64,000 bases of DNA, taken from the NCBI GenBank assembly GCA_963704035.1, contig CAVPGR010000004.1, forward strand, positions 1,338,438-1,402,437, written 5' to 3'. Positions 54,485 to 64,000 of this stretch are shown piece by piece; within the stretch, counting starts at the first letter, position 1, and the number at the start of each line of letters is the position of its first letter. This DNA is from an uncultured Actinomycetes bacterium (GTDB lineage: Bacteria; Actinomycetota; Acidimicrobiia; IMCC26256; JAOSJL01). A program made the position numbers and the translations under genes. The notes under the pieces were generated by a model. The model was given only the letters and a program-made list of their open reading frames with translations, was not told the origin of the DNA and did no database searches.

Positions 54485-55075
54485 ATGAGCGCCGAAGAAC
54501 CCGTGGCCGTGGAGTTCGCGAACTTCGGGGAACTCGAACGCGCCGCCATGGTGTGTACACGTTGCGATCTGGCGGAAGGTCGCACGCAGGTCGTGTTCGG
54601 TAGCGGTGATCCCGCGGCGGACCTGATGTTCGTGGGAGAGGGTCCCGGTGCCCGCGAGGACGAGCAGGGTCTGCCGTTCGTGGGCCCGTCGGGCAATCTG
54701 CTCACGGAGCTGATCCACGGGATCGGGTTGGAGCGTTCCGCGTGCTACATCGCGAACGTCGTGAAGTGTCGACCGCCCGGCAACCGTGATCCACTCCCCG
54801 GGGAGATCACCGCGTGCCGGCCGTATCTCGAGGCGCAACTCGGGTTCATCCGGCCTCGCGTCGTCATGACGCTGGGAAACTTCGCGATGAAGCTGCTTCT
54901 CGACACGAAGGAGGGCATCACGAAGATGAGAGGGAAGCAGTATCCGTATCGCGACGCCGTTCTGATTCCATCGTTCCACCCGGCCGCCGCGTTGCGAGGG
55001 GGCGGAGGAGTGCTCGCCGACATGCGGGCCGACTTCGTCCGCGTCCGGCGTGTCCTCCACGGGTCCTCGATCTGA
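54485..55075 (+). CDS. Uracil-DNA glycosylase, family 4
   Basis: CTRCDLAEGRTQVVFGSGDPAADLMFVGEGPGAREDEQGLPFVGPSGNLL...ANVVKCRPPGNRDP...SFHPAAALR. Confidence 0.88.
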   Translation: MSAEEPVAVEFANFGELERAAMVCTRCDLAEGRTQVVFGSGDPAADLMFVGEGPGAREDEQGLPFVGPSGNLLTELIHGIGLERSACYIANVVKCRPPGNRDPLPGEITACRPYLEAQLGFIRPRVVMTLGNFAMKLLLDTKEGITKMRGKQYPYRDAVLIPSFHPAAALRGGGGVLADMRADFVRVRRVLHGSSI

Positions 55076-55076
55076 G

Positions 55077-55571
55077 ATGGATCTCGTCACGCACGCCCCC
55101 GAGGCCACGTTGGGCTTCGGCGCCGCACTCGCCGAGATACTCGAGCCGGGCGATCTCCTTCTCGTCGGAGGAGGGTTGGGAAGCGGCAAGACGGTTCTCG
55201 CTCGAGGTGTCGGCGCGGGCCTCGGCGTGGAGGGACCTGTCGTGTCGCCCACGTTCACGCTCGTCCGGGAGTACGACGGTCGTGTCCCGTTCGTCCATGC
55301 CGACGTGTACAGGCTCGACGACCTGGCCGAGTTCGTCGATCTCGACGTCGGTGAGGCGTTCAACGGCACGGCTGTCACTCTCGTGGAATGGGGCGATGTC
55401 GTCGCTTCGGCGCTGCCCGCCGACCGCCTGGAGATCACACTGGAGCGCGTGGAAGACGCACCCGATTCGCGTCGAATTCTGATCGAGGCTCGCGGGCCGA
55501 CCTGGGCGGCGCGCCGCGCGACGTTGGCGAGTCTCTGCGACAGCCCTGCGAACAGGCCTGAGAAGTCGTGA
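55077..55571 (+). CDS. tsaE: tRNA t6A37 biosynthesis ATPase TsaE
   Basis: LLLVGGGLGSGKTVLARGVGAGLGVEGPVVSPTFTLVREY. Confidence 0.88.
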   Translation: MDLVTHAPEATLGFGAALAEILEPGDLLLVGGGLGSGKTVLARGVGAGLGVEGPVVSPTFTLVREYDGRVPFVHADVYRLDDLAEFVDLDVGEAFNGTAVTLVEWGDVVASALPADRLEITLERVEDAPDSRRILIEARGPTWAARRATLASLCDSPANRPEKS

Positions 55572-56269
55572 CGATGCACGTGCTCGTCATGGACACGGCG
55601 ACGGCCCAGGTGGGAGTCGCCATCGGGGTCGGTGACCACGTCGCCGGTGAGGTCCGTCTCGTCGGCGGTCGCCGCCACGCCGAGCACTTGGTGCCGGTCG
55701 TGGAGCGGCTGTGTGACGACACCGGCGTGCGTCTCGATCGGCTCGCGGCGATCGGCGTGGGTGTCGGTCCCGGCCTCTTCACCGGGCTCCGGGTGGGCGT
55801 GGCCACGGCGAAGATGCTGGCGCGGGTACTGCGCATTCCGATGGTCGCTGTGGGGAGTCTCGACCTCGTGGCCCATCCGCTTCGCCACGCAGACCGCCAG
55901 ATCGCCGCCGTGCTCGACGCCCGGCGCTCCGAGGTGTTCTACGGCCGCTACCGCACGGTGCCGGGAGGGGTGCTACGGATCGGCGACCCCACCGTCGTGC
56001 CACCGGAAGACGTCGTCGGCGATCTGCTGAGCCGAGGTGTGGAGACGCTGCTTGCCGGCGACGGCGTGTCGGCCCATCCGGAGGTCTTCACCGACGTGGA
56101 TCGCGCCGAGTGGGCAGGTCCGACGTTCGACTTCCCGAGCCCGGCTTCGCTCGTGGCGCTCACCGCTCACCGCGTGGAACGTGAGGAGTTCGCCCAGCCC
56201 GCCGAGGTTGCCCCCGTCTACCTGCGGGCGGCGGACGCACGCATCAACTGGGAACAGCGCAGCTCATGA
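55568..56269 (+). CDS. tsaB: tRNA t6A37 biosynthesis protein TsaB
   Basis: MHVLVMDTATAQVGVAIG...IGVGVGPGLFTGLRVGVATAKMLA. Confidence 0.88.
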   Translation: MTMHVLVMDTATAQVGVAIGVGDHVAGEVRLVGGRRHAEHLVPVVERLCDDTGVRLDRLAAIGVGVGPGLFTGLRVGVATAKMLARVLRIPMVAVGSLDLVAHPLRHADRQIAAVLDARRSEVFYGRYRTVPGGVLRIGDPTVVPPEDVVGDLLSRGVETLLAGDGVSAHPEVFTDVDRAEWAGPTFDFPSPASLVALTAHRVEREEFAQPAEVAPVYLRAADARINWEQRSS

Positions 56270-56793
56270 GCATTCGTCCACCCGACACGCGCCCGATGGG
56301 TATCGAGGTGGCCGTGATGCGTCGCCGCCACCTCCGGGGCGTCCTCGCTATCGAGGAGCAGGTCTACCCGCGCCCGTGGAGCGGGTCCCTGTTCCTCAGT
56401 GAGATGTCGTTGCGCTCCAGCCGCGCCTACTTCGTCGCCCGCTCGGGCCGGTCGGTCGTGGGCTACGGCGGGGTCATGTTGAGTGACGACGACGCTCACG
56501 TCACGACGCTCGCCGTCGACCCTGACCACCAGCGCCGTGGTATCGGAACTCGACTCATGCTGACGCTGACCCGTGCCGCTGTGCAGCGCGGCGCGCGCCA
56601 TCTCACTCTCGAGGTCCGTTCCAACAACATCGCCGCCCAGGCGCTCTACCGGCGCTTCGGCCTCGCTCCCGTGGGCACCCGGCCCGGCTACTACACAGCG
56701 ACCAACGAGGACGCGCTGATCATGTGGGTTCACGACATCGACACCCCCGAGTACTCCGTCCGACTCACCGGCATCGAGGAGGAACTCCGGTGA
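56266..56793 (+). CDS. rimI: Ribosomal-protein-alanine N-acetyltransferase
   Basis: VTTLAVDPDHQRRGIGTRLMLTLTRAAVQRGARHLTLEVRSNNIAAQALYRRFGL. It sits in the conserved tsaB-rimI-tsaD context. Confidence 0.88.
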   Translation: MSIRPPDTRPMGIEVAVMRRRHLRGVLAIEEQVYPRPWSGSLFLSEMSLRSSRAYFVARSGRSVVGYGGVMLSDDDAHVTTLAVDPDHQRRGIGTRLMLTLTRAAVQRGARHLTLEVRSNNIAAQALYRRFGLAPVGTRPGYYTATNEDALIMWVHDIDTPEYSVRLTGIEEELR

Positions 56794-57785
56794 CACGTCT
56801 GACTCTGGGTATCGAAACGTCGTGCGACGAAACGGCCGCGGCGGTAGTGGCCGACGGCGTGGACGTGCGGTCGTCGGTCGTGTCGAGCCAGGTGGACCTG
56901 CACGCCGGGTTCGGCGGTGTGGTCCCCGAACTCGCGAGTCGTGCCCATGTGGAACTCATCGACGAAGTCGTCAACGAGGCCCTTGTCGAGGGTGGTGCCG
57001 ACTTCGACACGATCGACCTCGTCGGAGCGTGTTTCGGACCGGGCCTTGCCGGTGCGCTCCTCGTCGGCGTGAGCGCCGCCAAGGCGATCGCGCTTGCAGC
57101 TTCGATCCCCTACGTAGGGGTGAACCACCTCGAAGCGCACCTGCACGCGACCGTGCTCGAGCATCCGTCGGTGGAGTTCCCCGCGGTGGTCCTGATCGCC
57201 TCGGGTGGTCACACGATGCTCGTGGAGGTGCGCGACCGACTCGACTACAGCGTGCTCGGAGAGACGGTCGATGACGCGGCGGGTGAGGCGTTCGACAAGG
57301 TCGCGCGGTTCCTCGGTCTCGGATACCCCGGAGGCCCCGCCATCGACAGCATCTCGACCGAGGGTGACCCGACCGTCGTGAGGTTCCCCCGTCCGATGAT
57401 GGACGCGGGAGACATGTTCTCCTTCTCCGGTCTGAAGACGGCGGTTGTCAACCGCGTGCACGAGGAACCCGGCCTCGCGACCGCAGATGTGGCGGCGGCG
57501 TTCCAGGAGGCGGTGGTCGATGTGCTCGCCACGAAACTCGCCCGTGCCGCAGAGCGTTCGGGTGCGGCCACCGTGGCGCTGGGCGGAGGCGTGGCGGCGA
57601 ACAGGGCTCTGCGCTCACGGGTGGCGGTCGACAGCGAGGCGGGAGGGTGGGCCGTGGCTCTCCCCGGACCGGCGTTCTGCACCGACAACGGTGCCATGAT
57701 CGCCGCCGCCGCCCACGTCCGCTTCGGCGCGGACGGACCGACACCCCTCAGCGGGGGAGTGGAACCCGGCCTGCGCCTGGGGTGA
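56790..57785 (+). CDS. tsaD: tRNA N6-adenosine threonylcarbamoyltransferase TsaD
   Basis: The GTG overlaps the rimI stop (GTGA). The product contains LTLGIETSCDETAAAVV...GPGLAGALLVGVSAAKA...VNHLEAHL...GGHT...GEAFDKVAR. Confidence 0.93.
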   Translation: MTRLTLGIETSCDETAAAVVADGVDVRSSVVSSQVDLHAGFGGVVPELASRAHVELIDEVVNEALVEGGADFDTIDLVGACFGPGLAGALLVGVSAAKAIALAASIPYVGVNHLEAHLHATVLEHPSVEFPAVVLIASGGHTMLVEVRDRLDYSVLGETVDDAAGEAFDKVARFLGLGYPGGPAIDSISTEGDPTVVRFPRPMMDAGDMFSFSGLKTAVVNRVHEEPGLATADVAAAFQEAVVDVLATKLARAAERSGAATVALGGGVAANRALRSRVAVDSEAGGWAVALPGPAFCTDNGAMIAAAAHVRFGADGPTPLSGGVEPGLRLG

Positions 57786-57836
57786 GTGGTCCGGCCCCGT
57801 GTTGCCGGGCCCGGCGGCCTGCTGGTACCTTGGCCG

Positions 57837-57863
57837 TTAGCACTCGTCGAGGGCGAGTGCTAA
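57837..57863 (+). promoter_or_regulatory. CIRCE operator (HrcA binding site) upstream of groES
   Basis: TTAGCACTC-gtcgagggc-GAGTGCTAA is a perfect match to the consensus TTAGCACTC-N9-GAGTGCTAA. Confidence 0.9.
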
Positions 57864-57974
57864 CACCACCGGGGCACGGGTCAGCGCCACCGGCCCCGAG
57901 ACATCGCAGTACACCCGGCTCAGGCCGGGCACAGACCCGTCATTCAGCCGAAAACAGCACGTGGAGGCACGTCG

Positions 57975-58280
57975 ATGAATCTGCAGCCGCTCGAAGACCG
58001 CATCGTGGTCCGTTCCGCCGAGGCGGAGGAGACCACCGCCAGCGGACTGGTCATCCCCGAAACCGCCAAGGAGAAGCCCCAGCAGGGCGAAGTGCTCGCC
58101 GTGGGCCCGGGCCGACGCTCCGACCAGACCGGCGAGATCATTCCTCTCGATGTCGAGGTGGGCGACGCCATCGTGTACTCGAAGTACGGCGGCACCGAGA
58201 TCGAGGTCGACGGCGAGGAGCTGTTGATCCTCTCCGGCCGCGACGTTCTCGCCAAGGTGGGTGGCAAGAAGAAGAAGTAG
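57975..58280 (+). CDS. groES: Co-chaperonin GroES
   Basis: [46 protein letters not shown]...[31 protein letters not shown]. Confidence 0.95.
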   Translation: MNLQPLEDRIVVRSAEAEETTASGLVIPETAKEKPQQGEVLAVGPGRRSDQTGEIIPLDVEVGDAIVYSKYGGTEIEVDGEELLILSGRDVLAKVGGKKKK

Positions 58281-58288
58281 AGAGTCGA

Positions 58289-59905
58289 CTACGTGAGCGG
58301 GGAGTCGAGCGCTCGGCTCTTCGCCCACGTGTAGTCGGCCTTGCCGTTGGGTCCCCGCGGCACGGAGTCGACGATCACGACGTGACGGGGCCGCTTGAAC
58401 CCTGCCAGGTGAGCACGCGTGATGTCGGCGATCTCCTGTGGCGTTGCTGATGATCCCGGCTCGAGCTCGACGACGGCAGCAACAGCCTCGCCGAACTTGT
58501 CGTCGGGCACACCCACCACCACGGCGTCCACCACGTGGGGATGGGTCTTGACGGCCTCCTCCACCTCTTCGGGGTAGACCTTTTCTCCGCCGCTGTTGAT
58601 CGACACCGATCCACGGCCCAGCAGATTGATGGTGCCGTCGGCGTCGACGGTGGCCCAGTCGCCGGGGATGGAGTAGCGCACGCCGTCGTGGGTCGGGAAG
58701 GTCGCGGCGGTCTTCTCCGGGTCCTTGTAGTAGCCGAGAGGTATGGCGCCAGCGAGGGCCAGGAGCCCCTTTTCCCCGGAGCCGGGCTCGACCTCGCGGC
58801 CGTCTTCGGCGAGCACCTTGGTCGTCTCGCCGATCGTGAAGCGCGCCGTCTTGGCCTCTCCGCCGGGGCCGTCCATGCTCGCTCCGAAGCCGATGCCCTC
58901 GCTGGAGCCGAGCGTGTCGATGCAGATGACGCCGGCCTTGTCCGCAAGGGCGTTCTTGCACGGGGCACTCCACATGACACCGGAGCTCACGATCAGGAAG
59001 AGCGACGAGAGGTCGAAACTGCGTCCGGAGGCCTCGGCAGCCTCGAGGGCGGCGACCATGGGCTTTCCGAAAGCGTCGCCCACGATGGAGATCTGCGTCG
59101 CCGCCTCGCGTTCCACGGTCTCCCACAGCTCCGTGGCGTCGAAGTGCCGGTTATCGAGCGTGACGGCCGTTCCGCCCACGACCATGGCGATCATCGTGGT
59201 GAAGAATCCGGTGCCGTGCATGAGGGGCGACGCAGGGATCTGCACCGGCGCGCGACCCGAGGACAGGAAGTCTGCTGCGAGACGGCCGGCGCTGACCGCG
59301 TCGGTGGGAATCTCGAATCCCGCCAAGGGGTAGACGGTCGGGGCGAGCGAGCCGAACAGGTCGTCGTGGCGCCACATGACGCCCTTGGGCATACCCGTCG
59401 TGCCGCCGGTGTAGAGGATGTAGAGGTCGTCGCCGCTGCGGTCGATGCGCGGCGCCGGGTCGTTCTCGGCGATGAGATCTTCGTAGCGGAGAGCACCGTC
59501 GAGGTGTGGCGCTCCGTCGTCGACCTGCACGACCGCCCGCAGGCCCGGCGCTTTGTCGCGCACAGCGTCGACCCGATCGGCCAGCGATCCGTGGAACAAC
59601 AGGATCTCGGTGTCGGAGTTGTCGAGGAGGTAGAGCAGTTCGTCTTCGACGTAGCGGTAGTTGACGTTGACCGGCGCCGCCCGGAGCTTGAAGGCGGCCA
59701 GAATCCCCTCGAGGTACTCGCTCGAGTTGTACAGGAAGGAGGCGACCTTGGCGCCGGGAGCACACCCCAGCTTCTCGAAGCCCGCAGCGAGGCGGGCGCT
59801 GCGGTCCTCGAACTCCGACCACGTCCGACGTACGTCGCCGTGGACGAGCGCCGTGTGGTCGCCGATGGTGTCGGCGACCGTTTCCCACAACGTTGCCAGG
59901 TTCAT
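58289..59905 (-). CDS. Acyl-CoA synthetase / AMP-dependent ligase (FadD-like)
   Basis: Start MNLATLWETVADTIGDHTALV preceded by GAAGGG. The AMP-binding motif is LYTGGTTGMPKGV. The C-terminus contains ...GRGSVSINSGGEKVYPEEVE...PRGPNGKADY. Confidence 0.88.
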   Translation of the reverse strand: MNLATLWETVADTIGDHTALVHGDVRRTWSEFEDRSARLAAGFEKLGCAPGAKVASFLYNSSEYLEGILAAFKLRAAPVNVNYRYVEDELLYLLDNSDTEILLFHGSLADRVDAVRDKAPGLRAVVQVDDGAPHLDGALRYEDLIAENDPAPRIDRSGDDLYILYTGGTTGMPKGVMWRHDDLFGSLAPTVYPLAGFEIPTDAVSAGRLAADFLSSGRAPVQIPASPLMHGTGFFTTMIAMVVGGTAVTLDNRHFDATELWETVEREAATQISIVGDAFGKPMVAALEAAEASGRSFDLSSLFLIVSSGVMWSAPCKNALADKAGVICIDTLGSSEGIGFGASMDGPGGEAKTARFTIGETTKVLAEDGREVEPGSGEKGLLALAGAIPLGYYKDPEKTAATFPTHDGVRYSIPGDWATVDADGTINLLGRGSVSINSGGEKVYPEEVEEAVKTHPHVVDAVVVGVPDDKFGEAVAAVVELEPGSSATPQEIADITRAHLAGFKRPRHVVIVDSVPRGPNGKADYTWAKSRALDSPLT

Positions 59906-60036
59906 CCCTTCGCCCACGCGTGTTGAGACGTCATCTTCTGGAGTCATGGACAAGAAGAATGACACAGGCCCCATTTCCTCGTCTCGGGTCCCCATGTGCT
60001 CGCCTCGGGTTCCCGCTCACATATCCTCTATCTCCC

Positions 60037-61530
60037 ATGGCCGAACCTGCGCGGCGTCCGAACGTCCTTCTCGTGATCTCCGACCAGGAGCGCCAGCGTG
60101 ACTGGCTTCCCGACTCGATCGACCTCCCCGCCCGACAGCGCCTGATCGACGAGGGTGTCGAGTTCACGAACTACTACACGCATTCGGTCCCCTGCTCACC
60201 GTCGCGGGCTTCGCTGATGACCGGCCAGTACCTACCGCAGCACGGTGTGGTCGACAACGTGATTCACGACCACCACGCGGAACTCAGTCGGGACACACCG
60301 ACGATCGGGTCGTTGTTGCGTGACGCCGGCTACCGCTCGAGCTACATCGGCAAATGGCACCTGTCGCGGGGAGCACATCCCGACATGGAGGCCTACGGCT
60401 ACAACGACTGGGAGGGCGACGACCGCCAGTTCATGGGGTGGGCCGGAACGGGCGTGCACTTCGATCCCGTCATCGCCGAGAACGCATCGCAATGGTTGCG
60501 CACCAACGGCACGTCACTCGACCGGCCGTGGTTCCTGACTGTCGGCCTCGTGAATCCGCACGACGTGATGTGGTACCCGATCGATCAGAGCACCTACCAG
60601 GATCAGAACGCGACGGAAGTCGGCTTCTTCAAGAAGCTGCTCGCGTCCGCGCAGTGGAAGGAGGGCGATCCGATTCCCGTCTTCGAGGACGACTACGACG
60701 AGATCTTCGAGGAGCTTCCCGACAACTTCCACGACGACCTCTACACGAAACCGGGAACACATCGGCAGTGGCGCTGGGACCAGCAGCACGGCACCTGGGG
60801 ATACATCGACCCTGACGACCACAAGGCCTGGCTCCGGCACCTCGACTACTACGTGAAGCTCCACCAACTCGGCGACCGGAGCCTGGGGACGGTTCTCGAC
60901 GCCCTCGATGCCAGCGGAGCCGCCGACGACACGATCGTCATCTTCACATCCGACCACGGCGACATGTGCGGCTCGCACGGCCTCCGTTCGAAGGGCCCGT
61001 TCGTGTACGAGGAGGTCATGAACGTCCCGCTCTATGTGCGTGCACCGGGGATCACGTCGCCGGGAACGGCCACGGACTCACTCGGATCAGCGGTCGACAT
61101 CTCGGCCACGGTCTGCTCGCTCGCGGGTGTCGACGTCCCGTCGACGTTCCGTGGTGTCGATCTCACGCCCGTGCTGTCGGATCCGTCGTCGGCCGTTCGC
61201 GATCGGGTCCTCTTCGCCCAGGACTCGGCGCACACCACCAACATCCAGCGAACCCGCTACGCGCTGCGCGGGTACTTCGACGGCCGCTACAAGTACGCGC
61301 GCTACTACGGCGTCGGTGGGGGGCTTCCCAACGATCTGTTCGACCCGGCCCTCGCCGGGGAGAAGTTGTATCCGGTCGATGCCGCGTTCGACGACCAGGA
61401 CCACGAGCTCTACGACCTCCAGGAGGATCCCGGCGAGATGGTCAACCTGGCCATGGATCCCGGGCGACGCGACGAAGTCCGCCGCCGTTTCGACGAGCTT
61501 CTCGACCTCGAGGCGAAGAACTTCGCCTGA
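60037..61530 (+). CDS. Formylglycine-dependent sulfatase
   Basis: MAEPARRPNVLLVISDQERQ...HSVPCSPSRASLMTGQ (C-x-P-S-R motif) ...IFTSDHGDMCGSHG. Confidence 0.88.
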   Translation: MAEPARRPNVLLVISDQERQRDWLPDSIDLPARQRLIDEGVEFTNYYTHSVPCSPSRASLMTGQYLPQHGVVDNVIHDHHAELSRDTPTIGSLLRDAGYRSSYIGKWHLSRGAHPDMEAYGYNDWEGDDRQFMGWAGTGVHFDPVIAENASQWLRTNGTSLDRPWFLTVGLVNPHDVMWYPIDQSTYQDQNATEVGFFKKLLASAQWKEGDPIPVFEDDYDEIFEELPDNFHDDLYTKPGTHRQWRWDQQHGTWGYIDPDDHKAWLRHLDYYVKLHQLGDRSLGTVLDALDASGAADDTIVIFTSDHGDMCGSHGLRSKGPFVYEEVMNVPLYVRAPGITSPGTATDSLGSAVDISATVCSLAGVDVPSTFRGVDLTPVLSDPSSAVRDRVLFAQDSAHTTNIQRTRYALRGYFDGRYKYARYYGVGGGLPNDLFDPALAGEKLYPVDAAFDDQDHELYDLQEDPGEMVNLAMDPGRRDEVRRRFDELLDLEAKNFA

Positions 61531-61552
61531 GTCCCGCACATAATGTGAGGGG

Positions 61553-62230
61553 ATGGCGACACGCGGCGGACGACAGCGCATTCCGCGGCCTCCCACGATC
61601 CGGCCGGGGCGACCTTCGCCGTGGGCGCACGTGCCCGCGGAGCGACGCCATCTCAGTCTCGACGCCGTCCGAGCGCGCCTGGCTGATCTCCCACCACCCT
61701 CGCCCCCCGACATCACGATGGCGGGCGCGCGCGACGCCGCGGTCCTGCTCCCCATTTTCGAGGAGGCCGGGGAGACACACCTCATCCTCACCAAGCGACC
61801 CGACACGATGCCGACGCACCGGGGCGAGATCGCCTTTCCCGGCGGGAAGCTGGACGAGGGCGTGGACGACAGCCTGGTCGCCGCGGCACTGCGGGAGACT
61901 CATGAGGAGATCGGAATCGATCCCGGAGAGGTGGAGATCGCCGGCGAGCTCGACACGCTCGGAACGGTGGGTTCCCGTTTCACTATCGCGCCGTTTGTCG
62001 GCCTCCTGGAGGGTCGCCCCGAGCTCAGCCCCGATCCCGTGGAGGTCGTGAAGGCGTTCGATGTTCCGCTGGCTGAGCTCCTGGCCGACGGCGTCCACAG
62101 CGAGGAGGAGTGGGAGGTGGGCCTGCCCGACTTCACGATCCAGCTCTTCGAGCTGGAGGACGAGACCGTCTGGGGCGCCACGGCCCGGATCCTGACCCGC
62201 TTCCTGGCCCACCTGGTCGACACCCCGTAG
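61553..62230 (+). CDS. NUDIX hydrolase, CoA pyrophosphatase-like
   Basis: The Nudix box is GEIAFPGGKLDEGVDDSLVAAALRETHEEIGI. The start is uncertain. Confidence 0.8.
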   Translation: MATRGGRQRIPRPPTIRPGRPSPWAHVPAERRHLSLDAVRARLADLPPPSPPDITMAGARDAAVLLPIFEEAGETHLILTKRPDTMPTHRGEIAFPGGKLDEGVDDSLVAAALRETHEEIGIDPGEVEIAGELDTLGTVGSRFTIAPFVGLLEGRPELSPDPVEVVKAFDVPLAELLADGVHSEEEWEVGLPDFTIQLFELEDETVWGATARILTRFLAHLVDTP

Positions 62231-62342
62231 ACCCGCCCTTCCCGATGCCATCCCACCCGGGACGGGAGCGAAGCGGACAGTAGGCTAGAGGGTTCGACAG
62301 CGCGGGCGGGCGAGCGAACACAATCACGAACGGGGTGCACCG

Positions 62343-63503
62343 GTGGAAGTCGAGATCGGGATCGGGAAGTCGGGTCGTCGGGCGTACGGGTTCGACGACA
62401 TAGCGATCGTCCCCAGTCGCCGCACACGCGACCCCGAAGACGTCGATATCTCGTGGGAGCTCGACGCCTACAAGTTCGACCTTCCGCTGATGGCCTCGGC
62501 GATGGACGGCGTCGTCTCGCCGAGCACTGCGGTGCAGATCGGAAACCTCGGCGGCCTGGCGTGCTTGAACCTCGAAGGTCTGTGGACGCGCTACGAGGAC
62601 CCCGAGCCGCTTCTCGACGAGATCGCCAATGAGCCGCCCGAGAAGGCGACACGGCGGATGCAGGAGATCTACAACGAGCCGATCAAGGAGGAACTGATCG
62701 GCCGGCGTATCCGCGAGATCAAGGATGGCGGCGTCGTGGCGTGCGCGTCGATCACCCCTCAGCGCACCGAGCAGTACGCCAAGCTCACCGTCGAAGCGGA
62801 GCTCGACATCCTCGTGATCCAGGGGACGGTCGTATCGGCCGAACACGTGTCCAAGTCGGTCGAGCCGCTGAACCTCAAGAAGTTCATCCGGCACTTCGAC
62901 CTTCCCGTGATCGTCGGTGGATGTTCGAGCTATTCCACGGCCTTGCACCTCATGCGTACCGGCGCCGTGGGAATTCTCGTGGGCGTCGGTCCCGGTCACG
63001 CCTGCACCAGCCGCGGTGTTCTCGGAATCGGTGTGCCGCAGGCCACCGCCATCGCCGATGTCGCGGGCGCCCGTATCCGTCACCTCGACGAAACCGGCGT
63101 CTACGTCCACGTGATCGCCGACGGCGGCATGGGTACGGGAGGCGACATCGCCAAGGCGATCGCCTGCGGTGCCGACGCCACCATGGTCGCGTCGCCTCTG
63201 GCGTGTGCACACGAGGCGCCGGGGCGCGGGTACCACTGGGGCATGGCGACGTTCCACCCCACGCTGCCACGCGGCGCACGTGTCTACGCCGGCCAGAAGG
63301 CCACGTTGTCGGAGATCATCGCCGGCCCCGCGCACGAGAACGACGGAACGCTGAACCTCATGGGCGGCCTTCGCACGTCGATGGCCACCACGGGTTACGA
63401 GACCGTCAAGGAGTTCCAGAAGGCCGAGGTCATGGTCGCGCCGTCACTTCAGACGGAGGGCAAGACCCTCCAGCGCGCCCAGGGCATCGGCATGGGTAAA
63501 TGA
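62343..63503 (+). CDS. guaB3: IMP dehydrogenase-related protein (GuaB3 / GMP reductase-like, no CBS insert)
   Basis: [31 protein letters not shown]...[14 protein letters not shown]...[26 protein letters not shown]. Confidence 0.85.
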   Translation: MEVEIGIGKSGRRAYGFDDIAIVPSRRTRDPEDVDISWELDAYKFDLPLMASAMDGVVSPSTAVQIGNLGGLACLNLEGLWTRYEDPEPLLDEIANEPPEKATRRMQEIYNEPIKEELIGRRIREIKDGGVVACASITPQRTEQYAKLTVEAELDILVIQGTVVSAEHVSKSVEPLNLKKFIRHFDLPVIVGGCSSYSTALHLMRTGAVGILVGVGPGHACTSRGVLGIGVPQATAIADVAGARIRHLDETGVYVHVIADGGMGTGGDIAKAIACGADATMVASPLACAHEAPGRGYHWGMATFHPTLPRGARVYAGQKATLSEIIAGPAHENDGTLNLMGGLRTSMATTGYETVKEFQKAEVMVAPSLQTEGKTLQRAQGIGMGK

Positions 63504-64000
63504 GCCAACCTTCCCCTGTCCTCGTCATAGATTTCGGGGCGCAGTACGCGCAGCTGATCGCCCGACGCGTCCGTGAGGCGCACATCTATTCCGAGATCGT
63601 CCCGCACGACATGCCAGTTACCGAGATGCTCGACCGCCATCCAGCGGGAATCATTCTCTCGGGTGGCCCGAAGTCGGTCCACGTCGAGGGCGCCCCGTCG
63701 ATCGACCCGGCGATCTTCGAGTCCGACGTCCCCGTGCTGGGCATCTGCTACGGCTCGCAGCTCCTCGCCCAGCAGCTAGGTGGTGTGGTCGAACGCACCG
63801 GTTCGGGTGAGTACGGGGGCACGTCCCTGACGGTCACGAATCCGGGCGTTCTCTTCGCCGACCTCCCGTCCAGACAGCAGTGCTGGATGAGCCACGGCGA
63901 CGCCATCACGGCCGCACCCGACGGCTTCGTCGTCACCGCTTCCTCTCCCGGTGCTCCCGTTGCCGCCCTGGAAGACCGCGCGCGTGGCCTCTATGGAACG
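63500..64000 (+). CDS. guaA: GMP synthase (glutamine-hydrolysing), N-terminal GATase part; runs off the window end
   Basis: My translation from the ATG at 63500 (ATGA overlap with the guaB3 stop): [40 protein letters not shown]...[12 protein letters not shown]...[19 protein letters not shown]. It is absent from the ORF track because there is no stop inside the window. Confidence 0.9.
   Translation, partial: MSQPSPVLVIDFGAQYAQLIARRVREAHIYSEIVPHDMPVTEMLDRHPAGIILSGGPKSVHVEGAPSIDPAIFESDVPVLGICYGSQLLAQQLGGVVERTGSGEYGGTSLTVTNPGVLFADLPSRQQCWMSHGDAITAAPDGFVVTASSPGAPVAALEDRARGLYGT

Noticed and set aside
58281-58288. A degraded groEL remnant after groES
   Set aside because: Only 8 nt separate groES from the convergent acyl-CoA synthetase, and no GroEL-like translation appears in any frame downstream.

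Overview
This is a high-GC, actinobacterium-like chromosomal segment made up almost entirely of the translation/transcription super-operon. Gene order: lldD-like (partial), yajQ, tRNA-Tyr, a lipoprotein, a GNAT gene, tRNA-Thr, tRNA-Met, tuf copy 1, rpmG, an ECF sigma/anti-sigma pair, tRNA-Trp, secE-nusG-rplK-rplA-rplJ-rplL-rpoB-rpoC, [aqpZ + fic], rpsL-rpsG-fusA-tuf copy 2-rpsJ, [antisense two-gene nucleotidyltransferase cassette], rplC through rplO, secY-adk-map-infA-rpmJ-rpsM-rpsK-rpsD-rpoA-rplQ-truA. Then come four minus-strand acidic lipoproteins, a VIT1/CCC1 transporter, an AlkP-family enzyme, rplM-rpsI-glmM-glmS-acpS-nnr-CBS-alr-udg-tsaE-tsaB-rimI-tsaD, CIRCE-groES, a convergent acyl-CoA synthetase, a sulfatase, a NUDIX gene, a guaB3-like gene and guaA (partial). 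I found no transposase, integrase or CRISPR array. Most notable observations: (1) a translationally coupled AbiE/MenT-like NTase pair sits antisense between rpsJ and rplC and splits the S10 operon. (2) A class II Fic gene with an AT-rich, apparently leaderless promoter and a palindromic operator lies between rpoC and rpsL. (3) The two near-identical tuf copies have codon usage foreign to their neighbours, and both are frameshifted. (4) About 11 single-base indels, all in the first 28 kb, break essential genes (tuf x2, rpsS, rplD); consensus error is the most likely cause. (5) A 41-nt hairpin element occurs twice, several leaders carry short tandem repeats, and several ribosomal proteins have repeat-encoded acidic tails. 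All calls come from reading the sequence and the ORF track by eye; no database search was possible.
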